Positions 48,097 through 57,628 are shown, numbered from the stretch's first letter. The stretch: DNA of 64,000 nt from Candidatus Firestoneibacteriota bacterium (GCA_903861835.1 CAIOVX010000091.1:47610-111609), one strand, 5' to 3'. The notes: generated by a model not told the origin, from the sequence alone. Numbers and translations are program-made.

Positions 48097-49473
48097 TTAT
48101 AGCCTTCTGAACCTCGGGAGATACTGCTTCTGCGCCGCCAGCAGTTCCTTCCCCAGCCTTGCGGCCTGATCGATTGAGGTTACGGCCCCGTCAAGCACCA
48201 GCGCCTGTATGAACTTATCCCTGCTTCCCTCTATTGCCGACTCAACTATGGTCTCAACCCACTGAAACCTTGTAGCAAGCGTTCCCGCAACTCCCGCAGG
48301 AAGGGCCTTCTGAATTATGTGTTTTATTCCGGAAGAATCCACAAAAACAGGAGCTTCTATCACGGCATCATATGGCAGATTCGAAACCCGTCCCGCGTTA
48401 GGCAGGTTAGCGGAAAATACGGATACCTTATTTTCCCTGATATTCCGGATGATATCAATTACAACCTCACCGCCCCCTGAATTCTCCATAAATTTTTCGG
48501 GAAGAGGGTTTCTTGAGAAAGCTATCTTTCCGTGTTCAGCGAACTCCCTGTCACCCCATTTAATGGTATCTTCGAAACTGTACGCGTCAATACCCAGGGT
48601 TCTTCCGAAATATGCCTTTTTCCCTGAGAACATCCTTCCGAAAAACTCGCTAAGATGCCTGTCCCCCGGCACCGGGTAGGCCTTAAAGAGCTTGAAGAGC
48701 TGCCAGGCAAGAGGGTTAAGATTGTCTATATTCAAGTCGCTCTTCTTTGCAGTGCCTGCTTCTTCGAATTTCTTCCCGAGTTCCGGGCTTAACTTCGCCA
48801 TTTCAAGGCGTTTTGCGCCGATAAGCTCCAACTTTGGAAAAATATCTTCCTTGCCCAAAGTCATCCCAGTTATCCAGCACATATGATTGATGCCTACGGC
48901 CGAGTAGTTCAGCTCAGCGGCATTCACGCCAAGGAGCGGCGCAAGCCGGCTCACAGCGTTGTGTATCCCGTGGCAGAGCCCCACTATAGGAACCCCTGTC
49001 GCTTTCCTGACTGCCCTGCAAATAACGGACATTGGATTTGCATAATTAAAAAACAATGCGCGGGGACAGATATCCGCCGCATCCCGCGCGATATCTATCA
49101 TCGCTCCGGCCATGCGCAGAGCCCTGGAAGTCCCGCCGGGCATTACGGTATCTCCCACCGGCTGGTAAATACCGAATTTTCTCGGGATGAAAACATCCTT
49201 CTCCCAGGCGCGCCTGCCTCCAACACCTATGGTTGTGATAACAACCGTTGCGCCTCTTAAGGCCTTCTTTCGCTCGGTCGTCGCGGAAAGTCTGACAACA
49301 GACTTATTCTCGGCTATCATCTTCCTTCCGAGTTCAAATGTCATCTTCAGGGCTTTAGGATCAATATCAACAAGGCAGAGTTCTATCGCCTCTCCATTCC
49401 TTATGAAATCTGCAAGAAGCCCGCGTGTGAACACAACGCTCCCCGCCCCAATCAGAACTATTTTCTGGCTCAT
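48097..49473 (-). CDS. Glycoside hydrolase family 4 (NAD/Mn-dependent alpha-glucosidase / alpha-galactosidase type)
   Basis: Rossmann N-terminus KIVLIGAGSVVF, and the GH4 blocks FNYANPM, GLCHG and GINHMCW. Confidence 0.8.
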   Translation of the reverse strand: MSQKIVLIGAGSVVFTRGLLADFIRNGEAIELCLVDIDPKALKMTFELGRKMIAENKSVVRLSATTERKKALRGATVVITTIGVGGRRAWEKDVFIPRKFGIYQPVGDTVMPGGTSRALRMAGAMIDIARDAADICPRALFFNYANPMSVICRAVRKATGVPIVGLCHGIHNAVSRLAPLLGVNAAELNYSAVGINHMCWITGMTLGKEDIFPKLELIGAKRLEMAKLSPELGKKFEEAGTAKKSDLNIDNLNPLAWQLFKLFKAYPVPGDRHLSEFFGRMFSGKKAYFGRTLGIDAYSFEDTIKWGDREFAEHGKIAFSRNPLPEKFMENSGGGEVVIDIIRNIRENKVSVFSANLPNAGRVSNLPYDAVIEAPVFVDSSGIKHIIQKALPAGVAGTLATRFQWVETIVESAIEGSRDKFIQALVLDGAVTSIDQAARLGKELLAAQKQYLPRFRRL

Positions 49474-49671
49474 AGCACTCCTTTCTTCACGCGTATTTCC
49501 TTCGACTGCAATAAAAGACTGCGGCCTGAGGGCCGGAGTCTTTTATTTCGGGCCGTGCATAGGAATAAATTAACTTGCCTCTGCAGCCAGTATATTTTAT
49601 AATTTGACCGGTGTCAATTTAGCGCTGTTGTATAAAATCATCCGAGAATTGCATTTTTTCACGGGGTTAAA

Positions 49672-50550
49672 ATGGCAAGAAATCAGGATTTGGATTTAGG
49701 CCTTATTAACAGGCCGCAATATTCTCTCTCCGCAGAGAACCCTGTGCGGCTCAGCCTGACCGGCCACAAAGAGAAGATAACAGCGCGTTTCGATATGCAT
49801 TTTGAGATAGAGCTCGGCATCCTGGTCTCCGGAAGAATGAAAAGATTTTACCAGAACCACGAAATGGACTTGAAGCCCGGAGATGTTTGGGCCTGCGGGA
49901 TGTGGGAGCCGCACGGATTCAGCGTTAAGAAACTGCCCTGCAAGGTGATAGTGTTTACAGTCTACCCGCAACTGATCCTCGGCGCTAATTTCGAGGAACT
50001 CCCTGACTTCAAGCCAATTTCTTTCTTCACTGCGCCTCCTAAAAGAAGGCTCAGGCTGAACAAGGAAGAGCGGATTAAAGCACTGGGGCTGGGTAAACGC
50101 CTCGAGAATGCCTATAATTGCAAAGGCATGGAAAGGACCGCCCTTCTTCGTGTATGCCTGTATGATCTTCTGCTCATCATGTACGCGGCCAGGTCCAAAA
50201 GAAAGCAGAACATTGAGACCGCAGATCCCGGCTCAATAACTCTAATAAACGGCGCCATACAACTGGTATTGGATTCAAAGAAGCTTGTTGCCGAAGAGAA
50301 AGCCGCGAGAAGATGCGGATTAAGCAAAAACAGCTTTAATGCACTCTTCAAAAGAACCACAGGCTTGAGTTTTTATAAGTTTGCGCTGAAGTACAGGCTG
50401 AGCAATGTCGCCGGCCGCCTGCTCAGGACCAACGACCCGTTGAAAGCCATCGCGGCGGACTGGGGCTTCTTTGACGCGAGCCATTTACACCGGCTCTTCG
50501 TGCAGAACTACGGCTGTTCCCCGGGAGAGTACAAGAAAATACATTCCTGA
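49672..50550 (+). CDS. AraC-family transcriptional regulator (cupin sensor domain plus HTH)
   Basis: C-terminal AraC HTH signature (SHLHRLFVQNYGCSPGEY). It is divergent from the GH4 gene. Confidence 0.8.
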   Translation: MARNQDLDLGLINRPQYSLSAENPVRLSLTGHKEKITARFDMHFEIELGILVSGRMKRFYQNHEMDLKPGDVWACGMWEPHGFSVKKLPCKVIVFTVYPQLILGANFEELPDFKPISFFTAPPKRRLRLNKEERIKALGLGKRLENAYNCKGMERTALLRVCLYDLLLIMYAARSKRKQNIETADPGSITLINGAIQLVLDSKKLVAEEKAARRCGLSKNSFNALFKRTTGLSFYKFALKYRLSNVAGRLLRTNDPLKAIAADWGFFDASHLHRLFVQNYGCSPGEYKKIHS

Positions 50551-50903
50551 TAGGCGGCTCTAACAGGTCTCCTTGCTGAAATCATGGAGGTTGTTCCGCT
50601 GACGTCTTCAGGAATACTGATTATTTCCCTTACCTTAATTTCTTCTTTTTTTTCAGTGGCTTCTCGGGCGCGTTCTTGTGAATATCAAAAAGCGGCTGCA
50701 TGCTCGCAAAGCTGATGAAATCCTGCGCAGGTTTCGGCTCAACCTTTGTTTTACTAACCTTCTTCTTCATAGCGCACCGCTCCTATGAGAGTTCCCGATT
50801 CTTACAGGTATTATATAACTATATTTCAAATATGCAAAGAAGCCTTCTTTCGGAGCTTCAAACACCATATAACAGGTTACTGTTCAGCGCCACAACCCCG
50901 GAG

Positions 50904-51803
50904 CTAGAATGTAGCTGATATCCCTGCCGTCGGAGCAACGCCAAGCTTCAAACCGACAATGCCGGTGTCTTTCTCGGCGAGAAAGATATAGAGCTCCCCG
51001 CCGATGTTAAGATTGACATTCGAAGTAACGGCTAATTTCAGACCCGCGCCGAGGTCAATCGCGGCTGTGACCGTCTTTCCCTCCAACCCGGCATAGATAT
51101 ACGAGGGCAGAGTGGATACAATGCTCGTCTTGAAATCCTGGTAGAACGCGCCTACGCCGCCCGATACATAGAACATATCCGTGAGGTGATGGTAATAGTC
51201 CAGTTTTACGAGCACAACTGTGGAACTGACAGACTCAGCTGCCGTGTTCAAACCGCTTGTGTAGGAGTTTATCTGCTTGTTAGTCGTAAACGAGCCGATA
51301 GTGACCTTTATGCCCGGGTGAAATTGCGTGAATTCGCCGAAGGAGATATCCGCCTGCCAGCCGTAGCCGTCAAAAACTATGTTGCTATTCCAGGGGGCAA
51401 ACGCTCCGGAGGTAAAGAGCGCCGTGCCGTAAACGGAACTGAAAGAATAGTAGCCGTAGGAGAATCCCGCGCCGATTTTCTTGAAGGCGTCCAGGTTCAG
51501 GGGTTGTTCATTGCCGGGAAGAGCGGGAGCGTCACCTGCGGATGAAGACTGGTAATCATCCGTATCAATTTCTTCAAACTTAATCTCGTTCCCGTACTCA
51601 TCAAAGTATTTTTTGACCTTGCGGGTGATCTCTTTCTTTACTTCTACAGGAGGCTTGCCCTGTTCTTGTATCACCATCGTCCGGAATACTCCCGTCCCCT
51701 CTTCCACCCAGACCGCTTTGATATGCCTGTGGTGCGCGTCAAGCTGGGAAGCGGCAAAAAGCACCAACAACGCGGCCGAAACGGACAGAATGTTTAGTTT
51801 CAT
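50904..51803 (-). CDS. Outer-membrane beta-barrel protein, hypothetical
   Basis: Signal peptide, alternating amphipathic beta-strands, and a C-terminal aromatic residue (...ISATF). Confidence 0.45.
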   Translation of the reverse strand: MKLNILSVSAALLVLFAASQLDAHHRHIKAVWVEEGTGVFRTMVIQEQGKPPVEVKKEITRKVKKYFDEYGNEIKFEEIDTDDYQSSSAGDAPALPGNEQPLNLDAFKKIGAGFSYGYYSFSSVYGTALFTSGAFAPWNSNIVFDGYGWQADISFGEFTQFHPGIKVTIGSFTTNKQINSYTSGLNTAAESVSSTVVLVKLDYYHHLTDMFYVSGGVGAFYQDFKTSIVSTLPSYIYAGLEGKTVTAAIDLGAGLKLAVTSNVNLNIGGELYIFLAEKDTGIVGLKLGVAPTAGISATF

Positions 51804-51820
51804 TATTCCTCCGGGAAACT

Positions 51821-52420
51821 TTAGGCCTTTCCAAAGTATGCAATAATTCCGGTCAATATGAATCTTACGGCAATAGCCGCAAGCAGGATGTACATAACCT
51901 TCGCGAACACTTTTGAGCCGAGGTCACCGATAATCTTGTAGATTGGAGCGGATAAACGGAGCGTAGCCCAGAGCAGGAGCGAGTTAATGGCGATGATGAG
52001 CGCGGCGATAAACCACGGCTGGCGCTGAAATATCAGGAGTGAGGTGACGATGGAGCCCGGCCCGACCAGAAGCGGAAAGGCCAACGGAACTGCGGAGAGC
52101 TCTGCCGTGGAAACGCCGTGATGCTCGTTCTTTCCCTGATTCTTAATGATGCTGATGACGGATATGCAGAGAAGGACAATTCCACCGGCTATTTTGAGGT
52201 CGTTGAGCGTGATTTTAAACACTTTCTCAAGTATTACCTGGCCAAAAAATGAGAAGGCTAACAGTATTGCGGCGCCGGTCAGTGCCGTCGTTGTCGCGGC
52301 ATGATGCCTCGTCTTTGAATCGTGGTTCTTGGTTATCTCAAGAAAGAATGGTATACCCGAAATGGGGTTTACGATTGCGAAAAGTGTTACTGTATCTTCG
52401 ATTATGCTTCTCCAGTCCAT
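51821..52420 (-). CDS. MarC-family (UPF0056) integral membrane protein
   Basis: 199 aa with 6 TM helices and the NPISGIPFFL MarC motif. Confidence 0.75.
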   Translation of the reverse strand: MDWRSIIEDTVTLFAIVNPISGIPFFLEITKNHDSKTRHHAATTTALTGAAILLAFSFFGQVILEKVFKITLNDLKIAGGIVLLCISVISIIKNQGKNEHHGVSTAELSAVPLAFPLLVGPGSIVTSLLIFQRQPWFIAALIIAINSLLLWATLRLSAPIYKIIGDLGSKVFAKVMYILLAAIAVRFILTGIIAYFGKA

Positions 52421-52527
52421 TATGACTCCTTTTGAAATGTGTTAATTCATTCTATCAAACCCGAGGGGTTTTTCAAGTGGAAATACCCTGTTATCTTCGT
52501 TATAATGGGACTTCCTCAGGAGGAAAA

Positions 52528-53616
52528 ATGGCATATAACATAACATTGATAAAAGGCGACGGAATAGGGCCGGAACTCGCGCAGGCGGCAAAGATGTGCG
52601 TGGAAGCGACCGGCGTAAAGGTAGTCTGGGATGAGGTTGAAGCAGGAATAGATGTGATGGCAAAAGAGGGCACTCCCCTCCCGGAAAGAACCATAGAATC
52701 CGTCCGTAAAAACAAGCTGGCGCTCAAGGCGCCTGTTACCACGCCGGTCGGCACGGGATTTCGAAGCGTGAATGTGGCGCTCAGGCAGGTGCTCGGCCTT
52801 TACGCTTGCGTGCGCCCCTGTAAATCCTACGAGGGCGTTCGTTCCAAGTACAGGAATATTGACCTCGTTATAGTGCGCGAGAATACCGAGGACCTTTACG
52901 CCGGAATTGAATTCAAACAGGGCGAAGAAAAGACGAAGAAACTGATTGACGAGATTTCGGCTCTCGGCGGCAAGAAGATACTGCCGGATTCCGGCATCAG
53001 CATCAAACCTATTTCAATCCAGGGCACCGAAAAAATAGTTACTTACGCTTTTGAATACGCGCGCAAGCATAAAAGGAAGAAGGTCAGCGCCGTTCACAAA
53101 GCTAATATCATGAAGTTTACCGACGGGCTCTTTCTGGAAGTTGCCCGCAATGTTGCGAAGAAATACACTGATATAGAGTTTAATGATGTCATCGTCGACA
53201 ATATGTGCATGCAGCTGGTGCAAAAACCGGAACTCTATGATGTTCTTGTCCTTCCCAACCTCTACGGCGATATTATTTCAGATCTTTGCGCGGGGCTTGT
53301 AGGCGGTCTTGGCGTGGCGCCGGGAGCGAATATCGGAGCTGATTCGGCTGTCTTTGAAGCAACCCACGGCAGCGCTCCAAAATACAAGGGCTTAAACAAG
53401 GTAAATCCTACCGCGCTCATACTCTCTTCCGTGCTTATGCTTGAACATATGGGAGAACTTGAAGCGGCGCGCAAGCTGGAAGCCGCGGTCGCAGCCGTAA
53501 TAAAAGAAGGCAAGCGCGTGACCTATGATATGAAACCGGACAGGAACGATCCGACGGCGGTTGGGACCAGGGAGATGGCTGAGGAAATAGCGATAAAGGC
53601 AAATTCTAAATTCTAA
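52528..53616 (+). CDS. icd: Isocitrate dehydrogenase (NAD-dependent type, isocitrate/isopropylmalate dehydrogenase family)
   Basis: [30 protein letters not shown], and the NLYGDIISD metal-binding motif. The start is refined to the ATG at 52528, which has a GGAGGAAAA RBS. Confidence 0.75.
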   Translation: MAYNITLIKGDGIGPELAQAAKMCVEATGVKVVWDEVEAGIDVMAKEGTPLPERTIESVRKNKLALKAPVTTPVGTGFRSVNVALRQVLGLYACVRPCKSYEGVRSKYRNIDLVIVRENTEDLYAGIEFKQGEEKTKKLIDEISALGGKKILPDSGISIKPISIQGTEKIVTYAFEYARKHKRKKVSAVHKANIMKFTDGLFLEVARNVAKKYTDIEFNDVIVDNMCMQLVQKPELYDVLVLPNLYGDIISDLCAGLVGGLGVAPGANIGADSAVFEATHGSAPKYKGLNKVNPTALILSSVLMLEHMGELEAARKLEAAVAAVIKEGKRVTYDMKPDRNDPTAVGTREMAEEIAIKANSKF

Positions 53617-53639
53617 ATTCGAAACCCAAAGGAGTTGTT

Positions 53640-54569
53640 ATGAAGAGGGCTAAGGTAGCTGTTATAGGCGCAGGGCAGGTAGGCGGCATAGTAGCGTTTC
53701 AGATTGCTCAGAAAGAGCTCGCCGATGTGGTATTGGTTGACATCGTAGAAGGAATGCCTCAGGGAAAAGCCCTGGATATGAGCCAGACAGCGGGAGTTGA
53801 GCATTTTGACGCAAAGGTAACCGGCACGAACAATTATGCCGATATAAAAGAGAGCGACATCGTAGTCATCACAGCCGGTGTTGCCAGGAAACCCGGAATG
53901 ACTCGCGAAGACCTCCTTAAGATCAACACGGATATAGTAAAAAAAGCCGCTGAGTCGGTAAAACTCTACGCTCCGGAAGCTTTTATAATATCTGTAACTA
54001 ACCCGCTGGATATTATGACCCAGCTGGTCTATAAAACTACCGGCTTCAAGAAGAATAAAGTGCTTGGAATGGCCGGAGTTCTTGATTCCGCGCGATTTGC
54101 ATTATTTATTGCCGAGGAACTCAAGGTTTCAATAAAAGACGTCTTTCCGATGCTGCTCGGCAGCCACGGAGACACGATGGTTCCTCTCCCCCGCTATACT
54201 ACGGTCTCCGGTATCCCACTTACCGAACTTCTTCCCGCTGAAAAGATAGCGAAGCTTTCGGAAAGGGCAAGGAACGGCGGTGCTGAAATCGTGGGGCTGC
54301 TTAAGACCGGAAGCGCGTATTTTGCCCCTGGCAGCTCGGCAGTCGCGATGGTTGAAAGCATTCTTAAGGACCAAAAGCGCATCCTCCCATCCTGTGTATA
54401 CCTTGAAGGTGAGTACGGAATAAAGGGCGTCTTCATCGGGGTACCGGTAAAGATTGGCAAGAACGGCGTTGAGCAAATTATTGAACTTAAACTGAATGCC
54501 GAAGAACTCGCGCTGCTGAAAAAGTCGGCGGCAGCGGTGGCAAAGGGAGTTGCGGAGCTGGGAATATAA
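53640..54569 (+). CDS. mdh: Malate dehydrogenase (LDH-like)
   Basis: KVAVIGAGQVGG, ITAGVARKPGMTR, the catalytic His region and SAYFAPGSSA. Confidence 0.9.
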   Translation: MKRAKVAVIGAGQVGGIVAFQIAQKELADVVLVDIVEGMPQGKALDMSQTAGVEHFDAKVTGTNNYADIKESDIVVITAGVARKPGMTREDLLKINTDIVKKAAESVKLYAPEAFIISVTNPLDIMTQLVYKTTGFKKNKVLGMAGVLDSARFALFIAEELKVSIKDVFPMLLGSHGDTMVPLPRYTTVSGIPLTELLPAEKIAKLSERARNGGAEIVGLLKTGSAYFAPGSSAVAMVESILKDQKRILPSCVYLEGEYGIKGVFIGVPVKIGKNGVEQIIELKLNAEELALLKKSAAAVAKGVAELGI

Positions 54570-54585
54570 CTTCGTTTGTTTTCAC

Positions 54586-54660
54586 GGATTACGAAATGCA
54601 ATTACGCAGATTACACCATTATCTAATCTCCGTAATCTGTTTTCCAAATCTGCGTAATCA
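54586..54660 (+). promoter_or_regulatory. Extended GATTA/TAATC inverted array upstream of fumA (GGATTACGAAATGCAATTACGCAGATTACAcc...cTAATCtccgTAATCtgttttccaaATCTGCGTAATca)
   Basis: Same core and same overall order (GATTA arm, then TAATC arm, then gene) as the alaS site. The arms AATTACGCAGATTAC and AATCTGCGTAATCA are near-perfect reverse complements. Confidence 0.5.
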
Positions 54661-54690
54661 AGAGATCCTTTTTTTCCACAAGAGGCAATT

Positions 54691-55533
54691 ATGATCACAT
54701 CCAAACAAATATCGTCTGCGGTAAGCGGCCTCTGCATTGATGCCAATCTGAAACTGCGGCCTGATGTCGTCAAAGCTCTCAAGGATTCCCTGAGGAAAGA
54801 AACCTCTTTGAAAAGCAGGAATCTCCTTTCAATCCTCCTCGAGAACTGCGCCATCGCAAAAAGCGAAAAAATACCACTCTGCCAGGATACGGGAATGACC
54901 GTGGTTTTCGCTGAGGTCGGGCAGGACGCAAGGATACAGGGAGATCTAACGACGGCGATAAATAAAGGAGTCGCGACCGGCTATAAAGAAGGTTTCCTTC
55001 GAAAATCAATAGTGGCGGACCCTCTCCTCAGGAAAAACACCGGCACAAATACCCCTGCGATGATCTATTATGACATCGTCCCGGGCAAGAAACTAAAACT
55101 TACAGTGCTCCCTAAGGGCTTTGGCTCTGAAAATAAGTCAAAACTTTATATGCTCAACCCGACGGCGGGATATGACGCTGTCGTGAACTCAATACTCAAG
55201 GCGATCAAGGAAGCAGGGCCTGACGCCTGCCCTCCCTATGTGGTTGGTGTCGGAATAGGCGGAGACGCGGCGAAGGCCTGTTACCTCGCGAAGAAAGCGC
55301 TGACTAAACCTGTAACTTTCCTTTCGGATAAAGCTCATTTCAGGAAGCTGGCGAAAGAATTGCTCGCGAAAGGAAACAAACTGAATATCGGCCCGCTCGG
55401 GGCCGGAGGCAAGACTACTCTCCTCGGCGTAAATATACTTTCTATGGCCACACATATCGCTGGCTTACCGGTGGCGGTGAATATAAGCTGTCATTCTTTG
55501 CGCTCCGCGCATAAAAACTTGCAAAGTTCGTAA
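54691..55533 (+). CDS. fumA: Fe-S hydro-lyase alpha subunit (class I fumarate hydratase / tartrate dehydratase alpha)
   Basis: CQDTGM motif, 280 aa. It is followed by the beta subunit. Confidence 0.85.
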   Translation: MITSKQISSAVSGLCIDANLKLRPDVVKALKDSLRKETSLKSRNLLSILLENCAIAKSEKIPLCQDTGMTVVFAEVGQDARIQGDLTTAINKGVATGYKEGFLRKSIVADPLLRKNTGTNTPAMIYYDIVPGKKLKLTVLPKGFGSENKSKLYMLNPTAGYDAVVNSILKAIKEAGPDACPPYVVGVGIGGDAAKACYLAKKALTKPVTFLSDKAHFRKLAKELLAKGNKLNIGPLGAGGKTTLLGVNILSMATHIAGLPVAVNISCHSLRSAHKNLQSS

Positions 55534-55556
55534 CGTTCTTAACGTTTGTAACGTAA
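55529..55556 (+). promoter_or_regulatory. Intercistronic TAACGTT repeat array (3 units with 9-nt period) between fumA and fumB; the first unit contains the fumA stop codon
   Basis: cgTAACGTTctTAACGTTtgTAACGTaaacc, 18 nt upstream of the fumB ATG. Same unit and same orientation as the array at 31937-31983. Confidence 0.45.
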
Positions 55557-55573
55557 ACCATGAACAAACACTT

Positions 55574-56092
55574 ATGAAAACCATACAATTGCCCATAGAT
55601 GAGAAGACCATCAAAACCCTTAAAGCGGGGGAGATGGCCCTACTGTCAGGCAAGCTTATAACGGGAAGAGACCAGGCGCATCTTAGATTTGCCGGGGCGA
55701 TAAAAAAGGGCAAGAAACTCCCCGTGAACATAAAAGGACAAACCATTTATTATGTCGGACCGACGCCGGCGAAAGCAGGCGAAGTTATCGGCTCCTGCGG
55801 ACCGACTACCAGCAGAAGAATGGATGCCTTCTCTCCTCTCCTTATAAAAAAAGGTCTGACTACTATGATAGGCAAGGGCGGCAGGAGCAAGGAGACAATT
55901 GCGGCAATAAAGAAACATAAAGGCATCTACTTTATGACCCTCGGCGGCGCGGGAGCATATCTCTCGAAACGCGTAATATCGGCAAAAGTCATCGCCTACC
56001 CGGAACTCGGGCCCGAAGCGGTATTTGAACTTGAGGTGCGGGACTTTCCGGTCATTACCGCAATAGACAGTAAAGGTAAAAACATTTTTTAA
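55574..56092 (+). CDS. fumB: Fe-S hydro-lyase beta subunit (class I fumarate hydratase beta)
   Basis: 172 aa swivel beta/beta/alpha domain (LSGKLITGRDQAHL...YYVGPTP). Confidence 0.85.
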   Translation: MKTIQLPIDEKTIKTLKAGEMALLSGKLITGRDQAHLRFAGAIKKGKKLPVNIKGQTIYYVGPTPAKAGEVIGSCGPTTSRRMDAFSPLLIKKGLTTMIGKGGRSKETIAAIKKHKGIYFMTLGGAGAYLSKRVISAKVIAYPELGPEAVFELEVRDFPVITAIDSKGKNIF

Positions 56093-56114
56093 CAACTAAG
56101 CGAGTGAGGAAACC

Positions 56115-57527
56115 ATGAAGATTCCCTGGAACCGCGTCAAGATAGTGGCAACAGCCGGACCCGCGAGCAACAACTATGAAATTCTGAAAGCAATGATTTG
56201 CTCGGGCCTTGACATAGTCCGCATTAACTTCTCACACGGCAAGCACGCCGAGTACAGAAAGACCATTTCGCTCGTCAGGAAAATAGAAACAGAACTCGGG
56301 CGCCCTATCGGGATTCTCGCGGATATGCCGGGCCCCAAACTCAGGGTCAGAGGCCTTCCGGGCGGCATTCCTATAGAAGCGGCAACAGGCAGCCTGGTTA
56401 AGATTTCAAGCGGAAAGATATCTCTGCCAAATGAGCTAAACATCTCACATCCGGTCCTGCTGAAAGCGCTGAGACCGGGCGCCATGATCTTTATTTCAGA
56501 CGGCAAGATACGGATTAAGGTTCTGAAAGCGGATAGGCGCTCCGCGCTTTGCAAAGTGGTCGCCGGCGGGCAGATAAAACTTGGCGCGGGCCTGAATTTT
56601 CCTGACATCGACCTTCCCATTCCCTCGGTTACATCAGAGGACTACAAGAATATTAAGTTCTGCGCGGCGCTTGGCGTTGATTTTATAGGCCTTTCTTTCG
56701 TAAAGAACGCGAGCGATGTAAAAAGAGTAAAATCCTTCATAAAAAACTTCGCGCACAAACCTTTCCTTATCTCAAAGATCGAACGGCGTTTTGCCATTGA
56801 TAATCTTAAGGAGATAATTGAAGCGACCGACGGAGTAATGGTGGCCAGAGGAGACCTTGGCGTGGAGATGCCGATTGAGCGCATTTCAATCATGCAAAAG
56901 GATATTATCCGCAAATGCAACGCCGCGGGTAAACCGGTTATCACCGCCACACAAATGCTTGAATCAATGATAGAAAACCCCTCACCGACCAGAGCCGAGG
57001 TTTCCGATGTCGCAAACGCTATTTTTGACGGAACTGACGCGATAATGCTCTCCGGTGAAACGGCCATTGGTAAATACCCGGTAGAATCCGTGCTAATGAT
57101 GGAAAAGATTGCCGCTCAGGTAGAGAGGAAGTACGAATTTGATGTTCATACACGCGAGGCTGACAAAAGGGATATTACCGACATTATCAGCCAGAGCGTG
57201 GCTGACATCGCCATGGATTATTCCGTCACCGCAATTGTCATTCCGACTCTCTCCGGCAAGACCGCGAGGGTAGTTTCCAGACACCGCCCCTCCGCAATGA
57301 TTATCGCGCTTGCGGCCGGGAGAGAGGTTCAAAGACAACTCACGATATCGTGGGGCGTATATCCCGTGCTTTCGGCAAGACAGCACCCGTCTATTGTTAT
57401 GGATACAGCTTCAAAGTTCATAAAATCCTCGAAACTCTTTAAGAAAGGCGACAGAGTGATAATAGCGGCGGGGACGATAGATAAGGGAGGGGATCTCAGT
57501 AATATTATAAAAATAGCACAGGTCTAA
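56115..57527 (+). CDS. pyk: Pyruvate kinase
   Basis: KIVATAGPAS, MVARGDLGVEMP, and the K+/Mg2+ site motifs. 470 aa. Confidence 0.9.
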   Translation: MKIPWNRVKIVATAGPASNNYEILKAMICSGLDIVRINFSHGKHAEYRKTISLVRKIETELGRPIGILADMPGPKLRVRGLPGGIPIEAATGSLVKISSGKISLPNELNISHPVLLKALRPGAMIFISDGKIRIKVLKADRRSALCKVVAGGQIKLGAGLNFPDIDLPIPSVTSEDYKNIKFCAALGVDFIGLSFVKNASDVKRVKSFIKNFAHKPFLISKIERRFAIDNLKEIIEATDGVMVARGDLGVEMPIERISIMQKDIIRKCNAAGKPVITATQMLESMIENPSPTRAEVSDVANAIFDGTDAIMLSGETAIGKYPVESVLMMEKIAAQVERKYEFDVHTREADKRDITDIISQSVADIAMDYSVTAIVIPTLSGKTARVVSRHRPSAMIIALAAGREVQRQLTISWGVYPVLSARQHPSIVMDTASKFIKSSKLFKKGDRVIIAAGTIDKGGDLSNIIKIAQV

Positions 57528-57577
57528 AAGTTTTTAAGGTTCATAAGGTTTATAAAGTTTATAAGGTAAGCGCAAAC

Positions 57578-57607
57578 GCAAAACCCCGGTAAAGACCGGG
57601 GTTTTGC
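57578..57607. terminator. Bidirectional rho-independent terminator shared by pyk (+) and the sialate esterase gene (-)
   Basis: A perfect 12-bp stem (GCAAAACCCCGG / CCGGGGTTTTGC) with a 6-nt loop. The A/T runs inside the stem give U-tracts in both orientations. Confidence 0.65.
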
Positions 57608-57628
57608 GTTACTATTGACTGCTAAAAG

